Shown in pieces: positions 19,548 through 29,633 of a stretch of DNA of 64,000 nt; the stretch's first letter is position 1; each line of letters starts with the position of its first letter. The position numbers and the translations under genes were made by a program. The DNA lies in assembly GCA_037444405.1 (NCBI GenBank), contig JBBIML010000007.1, forward strand, positions 160,001 to 224,000. The letters run 5' to 3'. The DNA comes from Armatimonadota bacterium. Lineage in GTDB: Bacteria; Armatimonadota; Fimbriimonadia; Fimbriimonadales; GBS-DC. The notes beneath the pieces were generated by a model that made no database searches, had not been told where the DNA came from, and saw only the letters and a program-made list of their open reading frames with translations.

Positions 19548-20473
19548 GGGGAGTGAGCCATCCAGCGACTCAGCCAGCGCGGATACCCCTGCCCGAGCTT
19601 ATCGCATGGCAGGGCATCCAGCTGTGGGTGCCACGCGGATGGTTCCTTGACGGCTTTCACGGCGACTGGCGTGAAGGCATGCTGGCGATTAGCTCGCCCG
19701 GTCAAACGCATCTGGACATCAAGTGGGTACGCACGAGGGCGCGCTCCGACCTGCGGTTCCACCTTCAGCGGTTCCTGAAGCGACTGGAGCGCGACGCGCG
19801 CCGGCGTGGCGCCCGTTTTACTGCCACGATGGACGCCGACGGCACACACAGCATCCGCTTCCGCTGGAGCGGGCATGAGCAGGCGGTCGGGCGCATCCAC
19901 CGCTGTCCGAAGTGCCAGTGTATCACGCTGATGCAACTGCGCTCCGCCTCACGCCATGAGCCGCTGCACACGCTCGCCAGCGCGATTTTCGACTCGGTTC
20001 GCGACCATCCTGACGAGCGTGGGTGGGTCGCCTGGAGCCTGTACGGACTGACCACCGAGCTGCCCGCCCGATTCCGACTGGAACAGCACACGATTCTGAC
20101 GGGTCAGACCCGCCTGGTTTTCCGCAGTGGGTGCGAGCAGCTGATTGTGGAGCGTGTTGCGCGCGCCCAGCAGCTGATGCGCGGCTGGGAGCTGCCCGAC
20201 TGGGCGCATCACTGGCTCGGCTGGCACCGCTGGCACGGCAGAACCCGCTGGCTGGAGCTGGATGGTCAACCCTATCTGCTTCTTGAAGGGCGCCTGCGCT
20301 GGCTCGCACTCCTGAGCGAAACGCTAACCTGCCTGCTGACCCTGCGCCGACCCGCGTGGCGACTCCACGCCGCCGCATGGCTCGACGAGAAAGCGAACGC
20401 TGTGTTCCATGTGCTGCACCGCAGCAGTTGCAAAAGCGAGCTGTTAAAAGAGATTATGGTGGCGACGGGATGA
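19544..20473 (+). CDS. Hypothetical Trp/Arg-rich protein with an internal duplication
   Basis: ATGA overlap with the tatA stop; WQGIQLWVPRGW and WSLYGLTTELPARF half-repeats; CPKC. Confidence 0.7.
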   Translation: MRGVSHPATQPARIPLPELIAWQGIQLWVPRGWFLDGFHGDWREGMLAISSPGQTHLDIKWVRTRARSDLRFHLQRFLKRLERDARRRGARFTATMDADGTHSIRFRWSGHEQAVGRIHRCPKCQCITLMQLRSASRHEPLHTLASAIFDSVRDHPDERGWVAWSLYGLTTELPARFRLEQHTILTGQTRLVFRSGCEQLIVERVARAQQLMRGWELPDWAHHWLGWHRWHGRTRWLELDGQPYLLLEGRLRWLALLSETLTCLLTLRRPAWRLHAAAWLDEKANAVFHVLHRSSCKSELLKEIMVATG

Positions 20474-20889
20474 CACTGCTGGGGCGTTTATTGGGCGGTT
20501 CGCGTCGGGGCGTGCGCCTGCCTGCGGTTGAGCGGGCAGAGGCGTTGCGCCTGCGCCCGATTCGCAATCCCATCGTGCGCTACGAGACCCTTGACAACGG
20601 CTGCACAGTGCTGATTGTGCCCCTGCGCCGCCGCGGGCTGATGCGACTGCTCTGCAGGATTTTCAGGCTACCCGCTGAACATCGCATCGAGCTGGACGAG
20701 ACGGGCAGCACCGTGTGGAGCCTGTGCGACGGTCAGCACAGCGTGGACGCGATTGCGCAGCGGTTGGTGCGCCACTACAAACTGGAGCGGCGCGAAGCCG
20801 AGTACGCGCTGTTCGCCTTCCTCAACACGCTGGTGCGACGCGGGTTCGTCGCATATACGAATCCATCTAACAGGCGCAGGAGGCGATAG
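20470..20889 (+). CDS. PqqD family / RiPP recognition element protein
   Basis: IELDETGSTVWSLCDGQHSVDAIAQRL...FLNTLVRRGFV. Confidence 0.82.
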   Translation: MTLLGRLLGGSRRGVRLPAVERAEALRLRPIRNPIVRYETLDNGCTVLIVPLRRRGLMRLLCRIFRLPAEHRIELDETGSTVWSLCDGQHSVDAIAQRLVRHYKLERREAEYALFAFLNTLVRRGFVAYTNPSNRRRRR

Positions 20890-20892
20890 ACG

Positions 20893-21519
20893 ATGAGCAT
20901 GACCCAGACGGGCAGAGGCGCGATTCGCCGGCAGGTGCAGTTGCCCCTGTCGGTGGCGTTCCGCATCAGCCTGCTGAACATTCGGGTGCGGTTCCTGCGC
21001 TCGCTGATTACGGCGGCAGGCGTGATGCTGGGAATCGCGCTCTTCACTGCTGTTCGCAGTGCCAACCTCTACGCGCCCCCTGCCGACCTCAATGACCCCG
21101 CCGCGCTGGAGACCGCCACGCGCCAGACCTGGCTGGTGGTGATGAGCCTCGTGCTGTCGGCGGTCGGCATCACCAACTCGATGCTGATGGCGGTTGCCGA
21201 GCGCTTTCGCGAGATTGGCACGATGAAGTGCCTCGGTGCGCTCGATTCGTTTATTGTGAAGCTCTTCTTTATTGAGGCGGGGCTGATGGGCGTCGTGGCG
21301 TCGGTGGCAGGCTCAGCGATGGGCTGGGGGCTGATCACGCTCCTGACCCTGTTTCGGCAGGGTGTGGGAGCGATCACGGCGGTCAGCCCGCTAATGTGGC
21401 TGGTGCTGTTTCTGCAGGCGATGGGCATCGGGGTCGTGCTGACGGTGGTGGCGACCATCCTGCCCGCCTATCGCGCCGCCAAGATGCCGCCCGCCGCCGC
21501 CCTGCGCGTGGAAGTGTGA
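20893..21519 (+). CDS. Minimal FtsX/MacB-type permease
   Basis: GITNSMLMAVAERFREIGTMKCLGA, PAYRAAKMPPAAALR; 4 predicted TM segments, almost no extracytoplasmic domain. Confidence 0.85.
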   Translation: MSMTQTGRGAIRRQVQLPLSVAFRISLLNIRVRFLRSLITAAGVMLGIALFTAVRSANLYAPPADLNDPAALETATRQTWLVVMSLVLSAVGITNSMLMAVAERFREIGTMKCLGALDSFIVKLFFIEAGLMGVVASVAGSAMGWGLITLLTLFRQGVGAITAVSPLMWLVLFLQAMGIGVVLTVVATILPAYRAAKMPPAAALRVEV

Positions 21520-21528
21520 ACATCCCTC

Positions 21529-21646
21529 TTGACAGCGCACCCATCGGGTATACTCTTGGCGCGTATCGGAGGGCGCCTACGCTGTCATTTTGGGCAGGGG
21601 GTGCAGCGCCCGTTGCCCCAAATGACAGTGTATCCCTCCGATACGC
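21529..21646 (+). promoter_or_regulatory. rpsO promoter and long leader hairpin (candidate S15 leader)
   Basis: TTGACA 21529, TATACT 21549; GCGTATCGGAGGG/CCCTCCGATACGC and TACGCTGTCATTT/AAATGACAGTGTA arms. Confidence 0.7.
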
Positions 21647-21681
21647 AACAGGCAAAACGCATGCGACGGAGGTATCAAACT

Positions 21682-21957
21682 ATGCCGTTAACACCAGAGG
21701 AGAAGCAGCAGATTATTGAAGCGTATCGGCGTCACGAAGGCGACACAGGTTCGCCCGAAGTGCAGATCGCGCTGCTTACGGCGCGAATCAACTATCTGAC
21801 CGAGCATCTGAAGAAGCACCGCAAGGACTTCCACTCGCGGCGCGGGCTGGTGATGCTCGTCAATCAGCGGCGCCAGCTGCTCAACTATCTGGCGAAGCAA
21901 GACATCCAGCGCTATCGTGCCCTGGTGGAGAAGCTGGGGCTGCGAGCGCAATATTGA
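21682..21957 (+). CDS. rpsO: 30S ribosomal protein S15
   Basis: [30 protein letters not shown]. Confidence 0.97.
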   Translation: MPLTPEEKQQIIEAYRRHEGDTGSPEVQIALLTARINYLTEHLKKHRKDFHSRRGLVMLVNQRRQLLNYLAKQDIQRYRALVEKLGLRAQY

Positions 21958-21972
21958 CAGGGAGGTTAAATC

Positions 21973-24261
21973 ATGATGGACTACGGTTTTGTATCCGCCG
22001 AGATTGGCGGACGCACGCTCTCGCTGGAGACAGGGCTGCTGGCACGCCAGGCGACCAGCGCGGTTGTCGTGCGCTACGGCGACACGGTGGTGCTGGTCAC
22101 CGCCACGATGAGCGCGCACGCCCGCACCGATATCGACTTCTTCCCGCTGGTGGTCGACTTCGAGGAGCGCAAATACGCTGTCGGGAAGATTCCGGGCGGC
22201 TTTGTGAAGCGGGGCGGACGCCCCTCCGACGAATCGATTGTGCAGGGGCGACTGGTCGATCGCGCCATTCGCCCGCTCTTCCCGAAAGGGATGCGCAACG
22301 AGGTGCAGGTGGTGGTGCTACCCCTCTCGGTCGATTTTGATCATCCGCCCGCCGTGCTGGGGCTGATCGGCGCGTCGGCGGCGCTCACCATCTCGCCCAT
22401 CCCATGGAACGGACCCTTAGGCGCGGTGCGTGTCGGCTATGTGGACGGCGAGCTCGTCATCAATCCCACCAGCGACCTCACCGAGCGCTCCGCGCTCGAA
22501 CTGGTGGTCGCCAGCCGACCCGACCATGTGATGATGATCGAAGCGGACGCCGATCAAATCCCCGAAGAGCTGATGATGCAGGCGATAGACCTCGCGCACG
22601 CGGAGAACCAGAAGGTGATTGCGCTGATAGAGGAGTTGCGCCAGCAGGTGGGCAAGCCGAAGGCGGAACTGACCTTCTATCTGGTCAGCTCCGAGCTGAA
22701 GCAGGCGGTGCGCGACTTCGCGGGCGAGAGCCTGCGCGAAGCCATTCTGAACCCCGATAAGGTCGCCCGTGAAGCGGGGCTGCAGCAGCTCAAAGAGGAG
22801 ATTGTCACGCAGATGAACACCCCGCCCGACCCCGAATCGCCACCCCCCTACGAGGGGCGCGAGCTGGAGCTTTCGATGGCGGTCGATGAGGTCATCAAGG
22901 AGCAGGTGCGCCAGATGATCCTGGAGGAGGGTCGACGCCCTGATGGGCGCGCTCCGCACGAGATTCGCGAAATCCGCTGCGCCGTCGGCTTGCTACCCCG
23001 CACGCATGGCAGCGGACTGTTCCAGCGCGGGCAAACCCAGGTGCTGACCACCTGCACGCTCGGCGCCCTGCAGGAAGCCCAGATTCTCGACGCGCTCACC
23101 GAAGAGGAGACCAAACGCTACATGCACTTCTACAACTTCCCGCCGTTCAGCGTCGGTGAAGTGCGCCCGATGCGTGGTCCGGGGCGGCGCGAGATCGGGC
23201 ACGGCATGCTCGCCGAGCGCGCGCTGGCACGCATGATCCCCTCCGAAGAGGAGTTCCCATATGCCATCCTGCTCTATTCGGAGGTGCTGGAATCGAACGG
23301 TTCCACCTCGATGGCGAGCGTGTGTGGTAGCACGCTGGCGCTGATGGACGCGGGTGTGCCTATCAAGGCGCCCGTCGCCGGCATCGCCACCGGACTGGTG
23401 TTCGAAAGCGAAGACCGCTATGTGCTGCTGACCGACATCCAGGGCATGGAGGACGCCTGTGGCGACATGGACTTCAAGGTGGCGGGCACGGAACAGGGCA
23501 TCACCGCCATCCAGTTAGACCTCAAGATTCCCGGACTGCCGCGCAATCTGATCGCCGAGACCCTGCAACGGGCGCGAGAGGCACGCCTGTTCATCCTGCA
23601 GAAGATGCTGGAGGTCATCCCGGCGCCGCGACCCGAAATCTCGCCGCGCGCCCCGCGAATCTTCATCATGGAGATCAATCCCGACAAGATTGGCGATGTG
23701 ATTGGTCCGGGCGGGCGCACCATCAAAAAGATTACCGCCGAGACAGGCGCGCAGATACAGATTGAGCAGACGGGCAAAATCTTTATCGCGGCGCCCGATG
23801 GCGAGTCGGGCGAGCGCGCCCGCCAGATGATCGAAGCGCTGACCAAAGAGGTGGCGGTCGGCGAGGTCTATCTGGGGCGTGTGACGCGCCTGATGTCGCG
23901 CGGCGCGTTCGTGGAGGTGCTGCCCGGTAAGGAGGGTCTTGTTGAACTGCGCGATTTGACCGATCGGCGCATCAGTCGCCCCGATGAGGTGGTCAAGGTG
24001 GGCGATCTGCTGCGCGTGCGCGTGAAGGAGATTGACAGCCTCGGGCGGGTCAATCTGACCGCGCGGGGGCTGGAACAGCCCCTTGAAACGCTCAGGAGTG
24101 GTGGTGGGAGCGAACCCCAGCGCGCCGCCACCGGCGGTCCGCCACCCGGGCGCCCACAGCGACCCGCGCCACCACGACCACCGCGCGAGGAACCGCGCAG
24201 GGAGCGCAAACCGGAACCACCCGAAGATCTGCCCAAACCCCAGTTCCGACCGAAACGGTAA
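21973..24261 (+). CDS. pnp: Polyribonucleotide nucleotidyltransferase
   Basis: RREIGHG, ESNGSTSMAS, GDMDFKVAG, KH and S1 domains; follows rpsO. Confidence 0.97.
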   Translation: MMDYGFVSAEIGGRTLSLETGLLARQATSAVVVRYGDTVVLVTATMSAHARTDIDFFPLVVDFEERKYAVGKIPGGFVKRGGRPSDESIVQGRLVDRAIRPLFPKGMRNEVQVVVLPLSVDFDHPPAVLGLIGASAALTISPIPWNGPLGAVRVGYVDGELVINPTSDLTERSALELVVASRPDHVMMIEADADQIPEELMMQAIDLAHAENQKVIALIEELRQQVGKPKAELTFYLVSSELKQAVRDFAGESLREAILNPDKVAREAGLQQLKEEIVTQMNTPPDPESPPPYEGRELELSMAVDEVIKEQVRQMILEEGRRPDGRAPHEIREIRCAVGLLPRTHGSGLFQRGQTQVLTTCTLGALQEAQILDALTEEETKRYMHFYNFPPFSVGEVRPMRGPGRREIGHGMLAERALARMIPSEEEFPYAILLYSEVLESNGSTSMASVCGSTLALMDAGVPIKAPVAGIATGLVFESEDRYVLLTDIQGMEDACGDMDFKVAGTEQGITAIQLDLKIPGLPRNLIAETLQRAREARLFILQKMLEVIPAPRPEISPRAPRIFIMEINPDKIGDVIGPGGRTIKKITAETGAQIQIEQTGKIFIAAPDGESGERARQMIEALTKEVAVGEVYLGRVTRLMSRGAFVEVLPGKEGLVELRDLTDRRISRPDEVVKVGDLLRVRVKEIDSLGRVNLTARGLEQPLETLRSGGGSEPQRAATGGPPPGRPQRPAPPRPPREEPRRERKPEPPEDLPKPQFRPKR

Positions 24262-24271
24262 ACCGCCAGCA

Positions 24272-24307
24272 CCCTCTCCCCTCTGGGGAGAGGGTACGGG
24301 TGAGGGG
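24272..24307. repeat. Palindromic repeat family A
   Basis: CCCTCTCCCC-TCT-GGGGAGAGGG-TACGGGTGAGGGG. Confidence 0.75.
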
Positions 24308-24341
24308 CAATAAGCAACGATGCGAGGAGGTGAAGATAAAA

Positions 24342-25304
24342 ATGGATCGTAATCTCGGCATGGACTTTGTGCGGGTGACGGAGGCGGCAGCGCTCAGCGC
24401 AGGGCGCTGGGTGGGCAAGGGCGACCGCCACGCCGTCGATCAGGCTGCCTGCGAAGCAATGCGCCGCGCCCTCAACGATGTCGATATGCGCGGCGTCGTC
24501 GTGATTGGTGAAGGTGAGCGCGATGAAGCGCCCATGCTCTATATCGGCGAGGAACTCGGCACGGGCAACGGCTACCGTGTGCAGATTGCCGTCGACCCCG
24601 TTGAAGGCACCAATCTGGTCGCCAACGGCATGCCCGGCGCCATCAGCGTGATTGCTGCTGCGCTGGAGGGCGAGGGGCGACTCCTGCACGCTCCCGACAT
24701 CTATATGGACAAGCTTGTGGTGGGTCCCGCCGCCAAAGGCGCCGTCGACATCACGCTACCGCCCCGCATGAATCTCAAAGTGATTGCCAAAAGTCTGGGC
24801 AAGGAGATTCAGGATTTGACGGTTGGCATGCTGGATCGCCCGCGCCATGAGCAACTGATTCGGGAGATTCGCTCGGCGGGTGCGCGCATTCGGCTGGTCT
24901 CGGATGGCGACCTCTCGCTGGCGCTGGAGGCGCTCGATCCCAACGGCGAGATCGATGTGCTGATGGGTATCGGTGGCGCGCCGGAGGGCGTGCTGTCAGC
25001 CGCCGCCGCGCTCTGCATGGGCGGCGAGATGCAGGCGCGGCTCGTGTTTCGCAACGAGCAGGAGCGCGAGCGTGCCCGCCAGCTGCTCGGCACCGACGAT
25101 GTGGAGCGCGTGCTGACCCTTGAGGACCTGGCGTGGGGCAATGTGGTGTTCGTGGCGACGGGCATCACGGGCGGCAACCTGCTCGGCGGCGTGCGCTACA
25201 CCGGCTGGGGTGCCATCACCCACTCGGTCGTGATGCGCTCGCGCAGCGGCACCATCCGCTGGCTCACCACCCACCACCACTTCCATCACGACCCACGCTA
25301 TTGA
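24342..25304 (+). CDS. glpX: Class II fructose-1,6-bisphosphatase
   Basis: VIGEGERDEAPML, AVDPVEGT, GIGGAPEG. Confidence 0.95.
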   Translation: MDRNLGMDFVRVTEAAALSAGRWVGKGDRHAVDQAACEAMRRALNDVDMRGVVVIGEGERDEAPMLYIGEELGTGNGYRVQIAVDPVEGTNLVANGMPGAISVIAAALEGEGRLLHAPDIYMDKLVVGPAAKGAVDITLPPRMNLKVIAKSLGKEIQDLTVGMLDRPRHEQLIREIRSAGARIRLVSDGDLSLALEALDPNGEIDVLMGIGGAPEGVLSAAAALCMGGEMQARLVFRNEQERERARQLLGTDDVERVLTLEDLAWGNVVFVATGITGGNLLGGVRYTGWGAITHSVVMRSRSGTIRWLTTHHHFHHDPRY

Positions 25305-25312
25305 GAGAATAG

Positions 25313-25424
25313 CCCTCAACCTGTACCCTCTCCCGCGCTGGGGGAGAGGGCGGAAGGCGGTGCTACCCGTGCAGGGGCGCGGTGACCGCGCCCCTACCCA
25401 TCTCTCCCCAGCAGGGGAACGGGT
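25313..25424. repeat. Mosaic of family A, family B and a degenerate family A palindrome
   Basis: TACCCTCTCCC..GGGAGAGGG; GGGGCGCGGTGACCGCGCCCCTAC. Confidence 0.7.
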
Positions 25425-25436
25425 ACTCTCGAATGG

Positions 25437-26135
25437 ATGCAGGCGCGCACGGGATTCACCCTGATCGAGCTGCTGGTCGTGATTGCGATTATCGCGATTC
25501 TGGCGGCGTTGCTGTTTCCTGTGCTGGCGCAGGCGCGAGAGAGCGCGCGCCAGAGCGTATGCGGACAGCACCTGCGCCAGATCGGGCAGGCGCTATGGCT
25601 CTACCTGCAGGATTACGACGACCGCCTGCCCGATCGGCGCGATTTGAAGCTGAGCCTGCCCGGCGGCTATCGCCCCTGGAGCGGCTGGCCGCCGTCCGAC
25701 CCGCGCTGTGGCTGGGCGGCGCTGGTGCTGATGCCCTATGCGCACGAGATTGCTCTCTGGTCGTGTCCCAGTGTTCGCGGCAGCGCGCTGGGCGAAGCGG
25801 TGCAGGTGAAACAGCTCATCGATGCGCTTGCGCCTGAGCATGCCACTCGCTACTGGATGTGGCGATTCGACCGCCCCGACGATCCTGTTCCGCCCGACAA
25901 CTTCTGGGGCAAGACGCCCGACCAGGCGGTTGCTGACCTGCAGGCGAACCCCAGCTCGCAGTACGAGTCGCCTGCTGGCGTCAGCGATGTGGAGCTGGTG
26001 CTTGACCCTTATTTCCCGCGCACCATCGGCAGCATCCCTGCGGAGCTGCGGGGCAAAGCGGTGCATCGGGGTGGACGCAACCGCCTCTTTCTGGACGGGC
26101 ATATTCGCTGGCGACGCGACATCCGCACCGATTGA
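25437..26135 (+). CDS. Prepilin-type N-terminal / DUF1559 / H-X9-DG protein
   Basis: [30 protein letters not shown]. Confidence 0.88.
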   Translation: MQARTGFTLIELLVVIAIIAILAALLFPVLAQARESARQSVCGQHLRQIGQALWLYLQDYDDRLPDRRDLKLSLPGGYRPWSGWPPSDPRCGWAALVLMPYAHEIALWSCPSVRGSALGEAVQVKQLIDALAPEHATRYWMWRFDRPDDPVPPDNFWGKTPDQAVADLQANPSSQYESPAGVSDVELVLDPYFPRTIGSIPAELRGKAVHRGGRNRLFLDGHIRWRRDIRTD

Positions 26136-26142
26136 ACCCCTT

Positions 26143-26850
26143 CTAACGCTGGAACAGCCCCAGCTGCACTGCCAGCCCGATGGCGCCGAACACCACCGCC
26201 AGCGCAATCACCACAAAGCCGCCCAGCACCGAGCCGCGCACAATCGCAATCACGCCACACAGAAAGGCGAGCGGCGCCAGGCACGGCGGGCACAGACCAC
26301 CCAGCACCGATAGCAGAAGCCCCATCACCACCCAGCCCGTGCCGTCGCTGCTGGCGGCAGTCGGCGGCAGCACCACATTTGTAGGTGGCGTGCCCGCAGG
26401 CGGCAGTGAAGTGCCCCCTGACGGATAAGGCGAACGAATGGGGGGCAGTGAGGGGCTGCCAGCGGGGTAAGGCGTGCCCATAGGCGATGGGGGCAGCTGC
26501 CCCAGCGCGCGGCGCAAGCCGTCCGCCGCCACCTGCGCCGCCGTCAGCGTCGGGTCCAGACGCGCCGCCTGCTCATACGCCCGTATCGCCTCCGGGTAGC
26601 GACCCTGCTGATGCAAAAACGCGCCCCAGTTGTAAAACGCATAGGCGTCGCCGGGATTACAGCGCAGCGCATCCAGAAAGTGGCGTTCGGCGCGAGCTGT
26701 ATCGCCCTGCGATGCCAGCGCAATCGCCAGACAGAGATGCAGATGCCCGTCCTGCGGGTTCATCCGCAACGCCTGCTCCAGCAGCGGGATTGCGTCCGCG
26801 TAGCGCCGCTGATAGAACAGCTCGCGCCCTATCTCGCCCGGATCACGCAT
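26143..26850 (-). CDS. TPR protein with Pro-rich linker and C-terminal membrane hairpin
   Basis: Three TPR-like motifs, Pro-rich linker, two hydrophobic segments. Confidence 0.75.
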   Translation of the reverse strand: MRDPGEIGRELFYQRRYADAIPLLEQALRMNPQDGHLHLCLAIALASQGDTARAERHFLDALRCNPGDAYAFYNWGAFLHQQGRYPEAIRAYEQAARLDPTLTAAQVAADGLRRALGQLPPSPMGTPYPAGSPSLPPIRSPYPSGGTSLPPAGTPPTNVVLPPTAASSDGTGWVVMGLLLSVLGGLCPPCLAPLAFLCGVIAIVRGSVLGGFVVIALAVVFGAIGLAVQLGLFQR

Positions 26851-26855
26851 TCATC

Positions 26856-27992
26856 TCACAGCAGGTCGGCGAACACGGGCACCGAATCGCGTTGCTCCCA
26901 CCGAAAGGCGGGGTTGCCAAAGTGCCCGTTCTTCGCCGTTGGCAAATATTGCGGCTTTTGCAGATCGAGGAACCGAATAATTCCGCGCGGGCTGAGATCG
27001 AAGTTGTCCCGAATGCGACGCTCAATCTTTTCGGGGTCGACGCGGTGCGTGCCGAAGGTCTCGATCATGAGGGAGACGGGCTGCGCCACGCCAATCGCGT
27101 AGGAGATTTGCAGTTCCACCTTCTCGCACAGCCCCGCCGCCACGATGTTTTTGGCGAGATAGCGCGCCATATAGGTGGCGGAGCGGTCCACTTTGGTGGG
27201 GTCTTTGCCTGAAAACGCGCCGCCCCCGTGTCGGCAGTAGCCGCCGTAGGTGTCCACAATAATCTTGCGCCCCGTGACGCCCGTGTCCGCCTGCGGACCG
27301 CCAATCACGAACACCCCCGTCGGGTTCACATAGTAGTTTTTCACATTGATGTCCACCCGGTCGGCGAATCGGTTCAGCACGGGCTGAATCACGAACTCGA
27401 TCACGCGCTCGCGCACCTCGACATGGGTGATGTCGGGGTCGTGCTGAGCGGAGATGACCACCGTCTCGATGGCTTTGGGCACGCCCTTCTCATAGGCGAC
27501 GGTGACCTGCGATTTGCCGTCGGGTCGGAAGCCCAGGTCGGGTCGGGCGCGGCGCACCTCCGCCAGCTGGCGCGTGAGCGCGTGCGCAATCGTGATGGGC
27601 AGCGGCATCAGTTCAGGCGTCTCGGTGCAGGCGAAGCCGAACATCATGCCCTGATCGCCCGCGCCGCCGACATCCACACCCTGCCCGATGTTGGGCGACT
27701 GCTCCTGAATGGCGACCATCACCCCGCAGGTGTCGCCCTCGAAGCCGTACTCGCTTTTGGTGTAGCCGACCTCATTAATCACGCGCCGCACCACATCGGG
27801 GATTTCAACATAGGCGTGCGTGGTGATCTCGCCTGCCACGACCGCCAGCCCGCGTGTGAGCAGCGTCTCCACCGCCACGCGCGACTGCGAATCCTGCGCC
27901 AGGCACTCATCCAGCACCGCATCGCTGATCTGATCTGCCAGCTTATCCGGGTGTCCTTCCGTCACGCTCTCCGAAGTGAACAGCTGTACCAT
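26856..27992 (-). CDS. metK: S-adenosylmethionine synthetase
   Basis: [37 protein letters not shown]. Confidence 0.97.
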   Translation of the reverse strand: MVQLFTSESVTEGHPDKLADQISDAVLDECLAQDSQSRVAVETLLTRGLAVVAGEITTHAYVEIPDVVRRVINEVGYTKSEYGFEGDTCGVMVAIQEQSPNIGQGVDVGGAGDQGMMFGFACTETPELMPLPITIAHALTRQLAEVRRARPDLGFRPDGKSQVTVAYEKGVPKAIETVVISAQHDPDITHVEVRERVIEFVIQPVLNRFADRVDINVKNYYVNPTGVFVIGGPQADTGVTGRKIIVDTYGGYCRHGGGAFSGKDPTKVDRSATYMARYLAKNIVAAGLCEKVELQISYAIGVAQPVSLMIETFGTHRVDPEKIERRIRDNFDLSPRGIIRFLDLQKPQYLPTAKNGHFGNPAFRWEQRDSVPVFADLL

Positions 27993-28079
27993 GCGTCTCC
28001 TCCTTAGGCTCAGATGCTTACCCTGAAAGTATACCCCACCTGTACCGAAGAGCGCGGTTGAAAACCTCCTCTCTTTCAA

Positions 28080-28673
28080 CTAAGTCGACCTGCAGCTGAC
28101 CTGCTGATGGTATTGCTCAGCTTTGGGAGCTGACTCAGCTGGCGGACGCTGTGCATGAGCTGACACAGGCTCACCAGGCTGCCATTCAGCGGTTGGATCG
28201 GCTGGAGCAGAGCCATCAGGAGCTGCGCCAGAGCCATCAGGCAACCATTCAGCGACTGGATCGGCATACTGGAAATCCGCTATCAGACGCAGGGGCCTGC
28301 GTTGTTCGGGCAATATGTACGCCGACCGAAAGTGGTGGACCTCGCGCAGTTTATAAAGAGCCTGCGCGATGGGGGCACGATCTCTCGGAGGAGGAGTGGT
28401 GTGAGCTGAGCCTGATCGATTTACTGATTTCAGCGCAGCACCCTGAGACGAGGGCGCCCATCTATCTAACAGTGGAGATTTCCTGGATGCTGTTTGTGGA
28501 CGATGTGGAGCGGGCGCGAGCGCGGGCGGCTATCCCGCGCCGATGGCGGTATCGATGCCTATCCTGCACGGGCGGGCGAAGGCATCATGCCCGAAGCTCG
28601 CGAGATGGTCAGTCGCCATTCGATTCTGACCATGCTCGATGGACACGCGCTAAGTAGAAAGTTAGGCGTTTGA
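28080..28673 (+). pseudogene. Frameshifted remnant of a coiled-coil plus PD-(D/E)XK-like protein
   Basis: Segments in different frames: heptads; LEIRYQTQGPALFG; SEEEW...IDLLI...VEISW..DDVERARARA; AGEGIMPEA; no intact start. Confidence 0.6.
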
Positions 28674-28817
28674 CAGGGCTTGTTCTTAGCTATCGGCTCA
28701 TAAGCATGGTGGTTGGACTATTCTTTGAACCTGACAGCAGTACTCTTGCCGGGTTAGCAAGGGGGCACAGTCGGTTGTGCCCCCTGTGGAGCTGGGCGCA
28801 GCCAGAGCAGGGGGCTG

Positions 28818-29633
28818 TCAATTCCGATCTTCTGGGGGTCCCCACTCGTAGCCCCAGCAGTACCAGGTGTAGACTGCCATCGGGTCAGGATCGTTACAGG
28901 CTGGCTCCGAGTAGTTCGGCTGGTCTCTATCTGTCGGATAAAGCATGCGATATTGATACCACTTCGAATGTCCGTCGAGGTGCAACACAACCGAGCCGTC
29001 ACTATGGCGCCCTTTGAAGGCGTTGCCCAAGCGAGCCTCCCAGAACTGACGACCTGGCCACTGCATGCGGCTGGGGGGCAGATCAATCAGTGCCACTGCA
29101 CGGGCAGGGCGAGTCACACGCCCCGTGTCGATCTGGGAGGGGTTATAGTTGCAATCATAAATGCCATAGCCGCATAGACCGTTATGAACCAGGTAATCCA
29201 TCGGCGGGTAGATATCGTCGAAGTAGTTCTGCCGTCCGCGTGTGGAGACGCCCAAACCGACCTGCGGATGATTGGGCGCGCGCATGTAATCGGCGTAGCC
29301 ATTATCACGCTGAACCAGTTGTGCTGCTCCCTGCGCAAACGGGGACGAGGGACATCGGAAAATGTCCCGATTCTTGGTATATGGCTGGACACGCGCTGCG
29401 AACTGATAATATTCGGCAAAGCACCAGAGGGGTACCTTGTTATCGTAGTCGTTCGCATACATCAGCAACGCGGTGCCCACCTGCCGCAAATTACTGAGGC
29501 ACTGGGTCTGACGCGCTTTGGCACGCGCCTGTGCGAACACGGGGAACAGGATCGCCGCCAGGATGGCGATAATCGCGATCACGACCAGCAGCTCAATCAG
29601 GGTGAATCCCTGATGACGGTTCATTCGCTTCAT
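28818..29633 (-). CDS. Prepilin-type N-terminal / DUF1559 / H-X9-DG protein
   Basis: [42 protein letters not shown]. Confidence 0.9.
   Translation of the reverse strand: MKRMNRHQGFTLIELLVVIAIIAILAAILFPVFAQARAKARQTQCLSNLRQVGTALLMYANDYDNKVPLWCFAEYYQFAARVQPYTKNRDIFRCPSSPFAQGAAQLVQRDNGYADYMRAPNHPQVGLGVSTRGRQNYFDDIYPPMDYLVHNGLCGYGIYDCNYNPSQIDTGRVTRPARAVALIDLPPSRMQWPGRQFWEARLGNAFKGRHSDGSVVLHLDGHSKWYQYRMLYPTDRDQPNYSEPACNDPDPMAVYTWYCWGYEWGPPEDRN

Noticed and set aside
8888..21554. Unusual 14-nt spacer promoters (CTGACA-N14-TATAAT at 8888-8913, TTGACA-N14-TATACT at 21529)
   Set aside because: Only two cases, and another promoter has a canonical 17-nt spacer; could be chance
24090..24261. Pro/Arg-rich PNPase tail as a novel domain
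   Set aside because: Low-complexity tails are common on PNPase
27993..28079. SAM riboswitch before metK
   Set aside because: The -10 box lies about 35 nt from the ATG and no SAM-I core is visible
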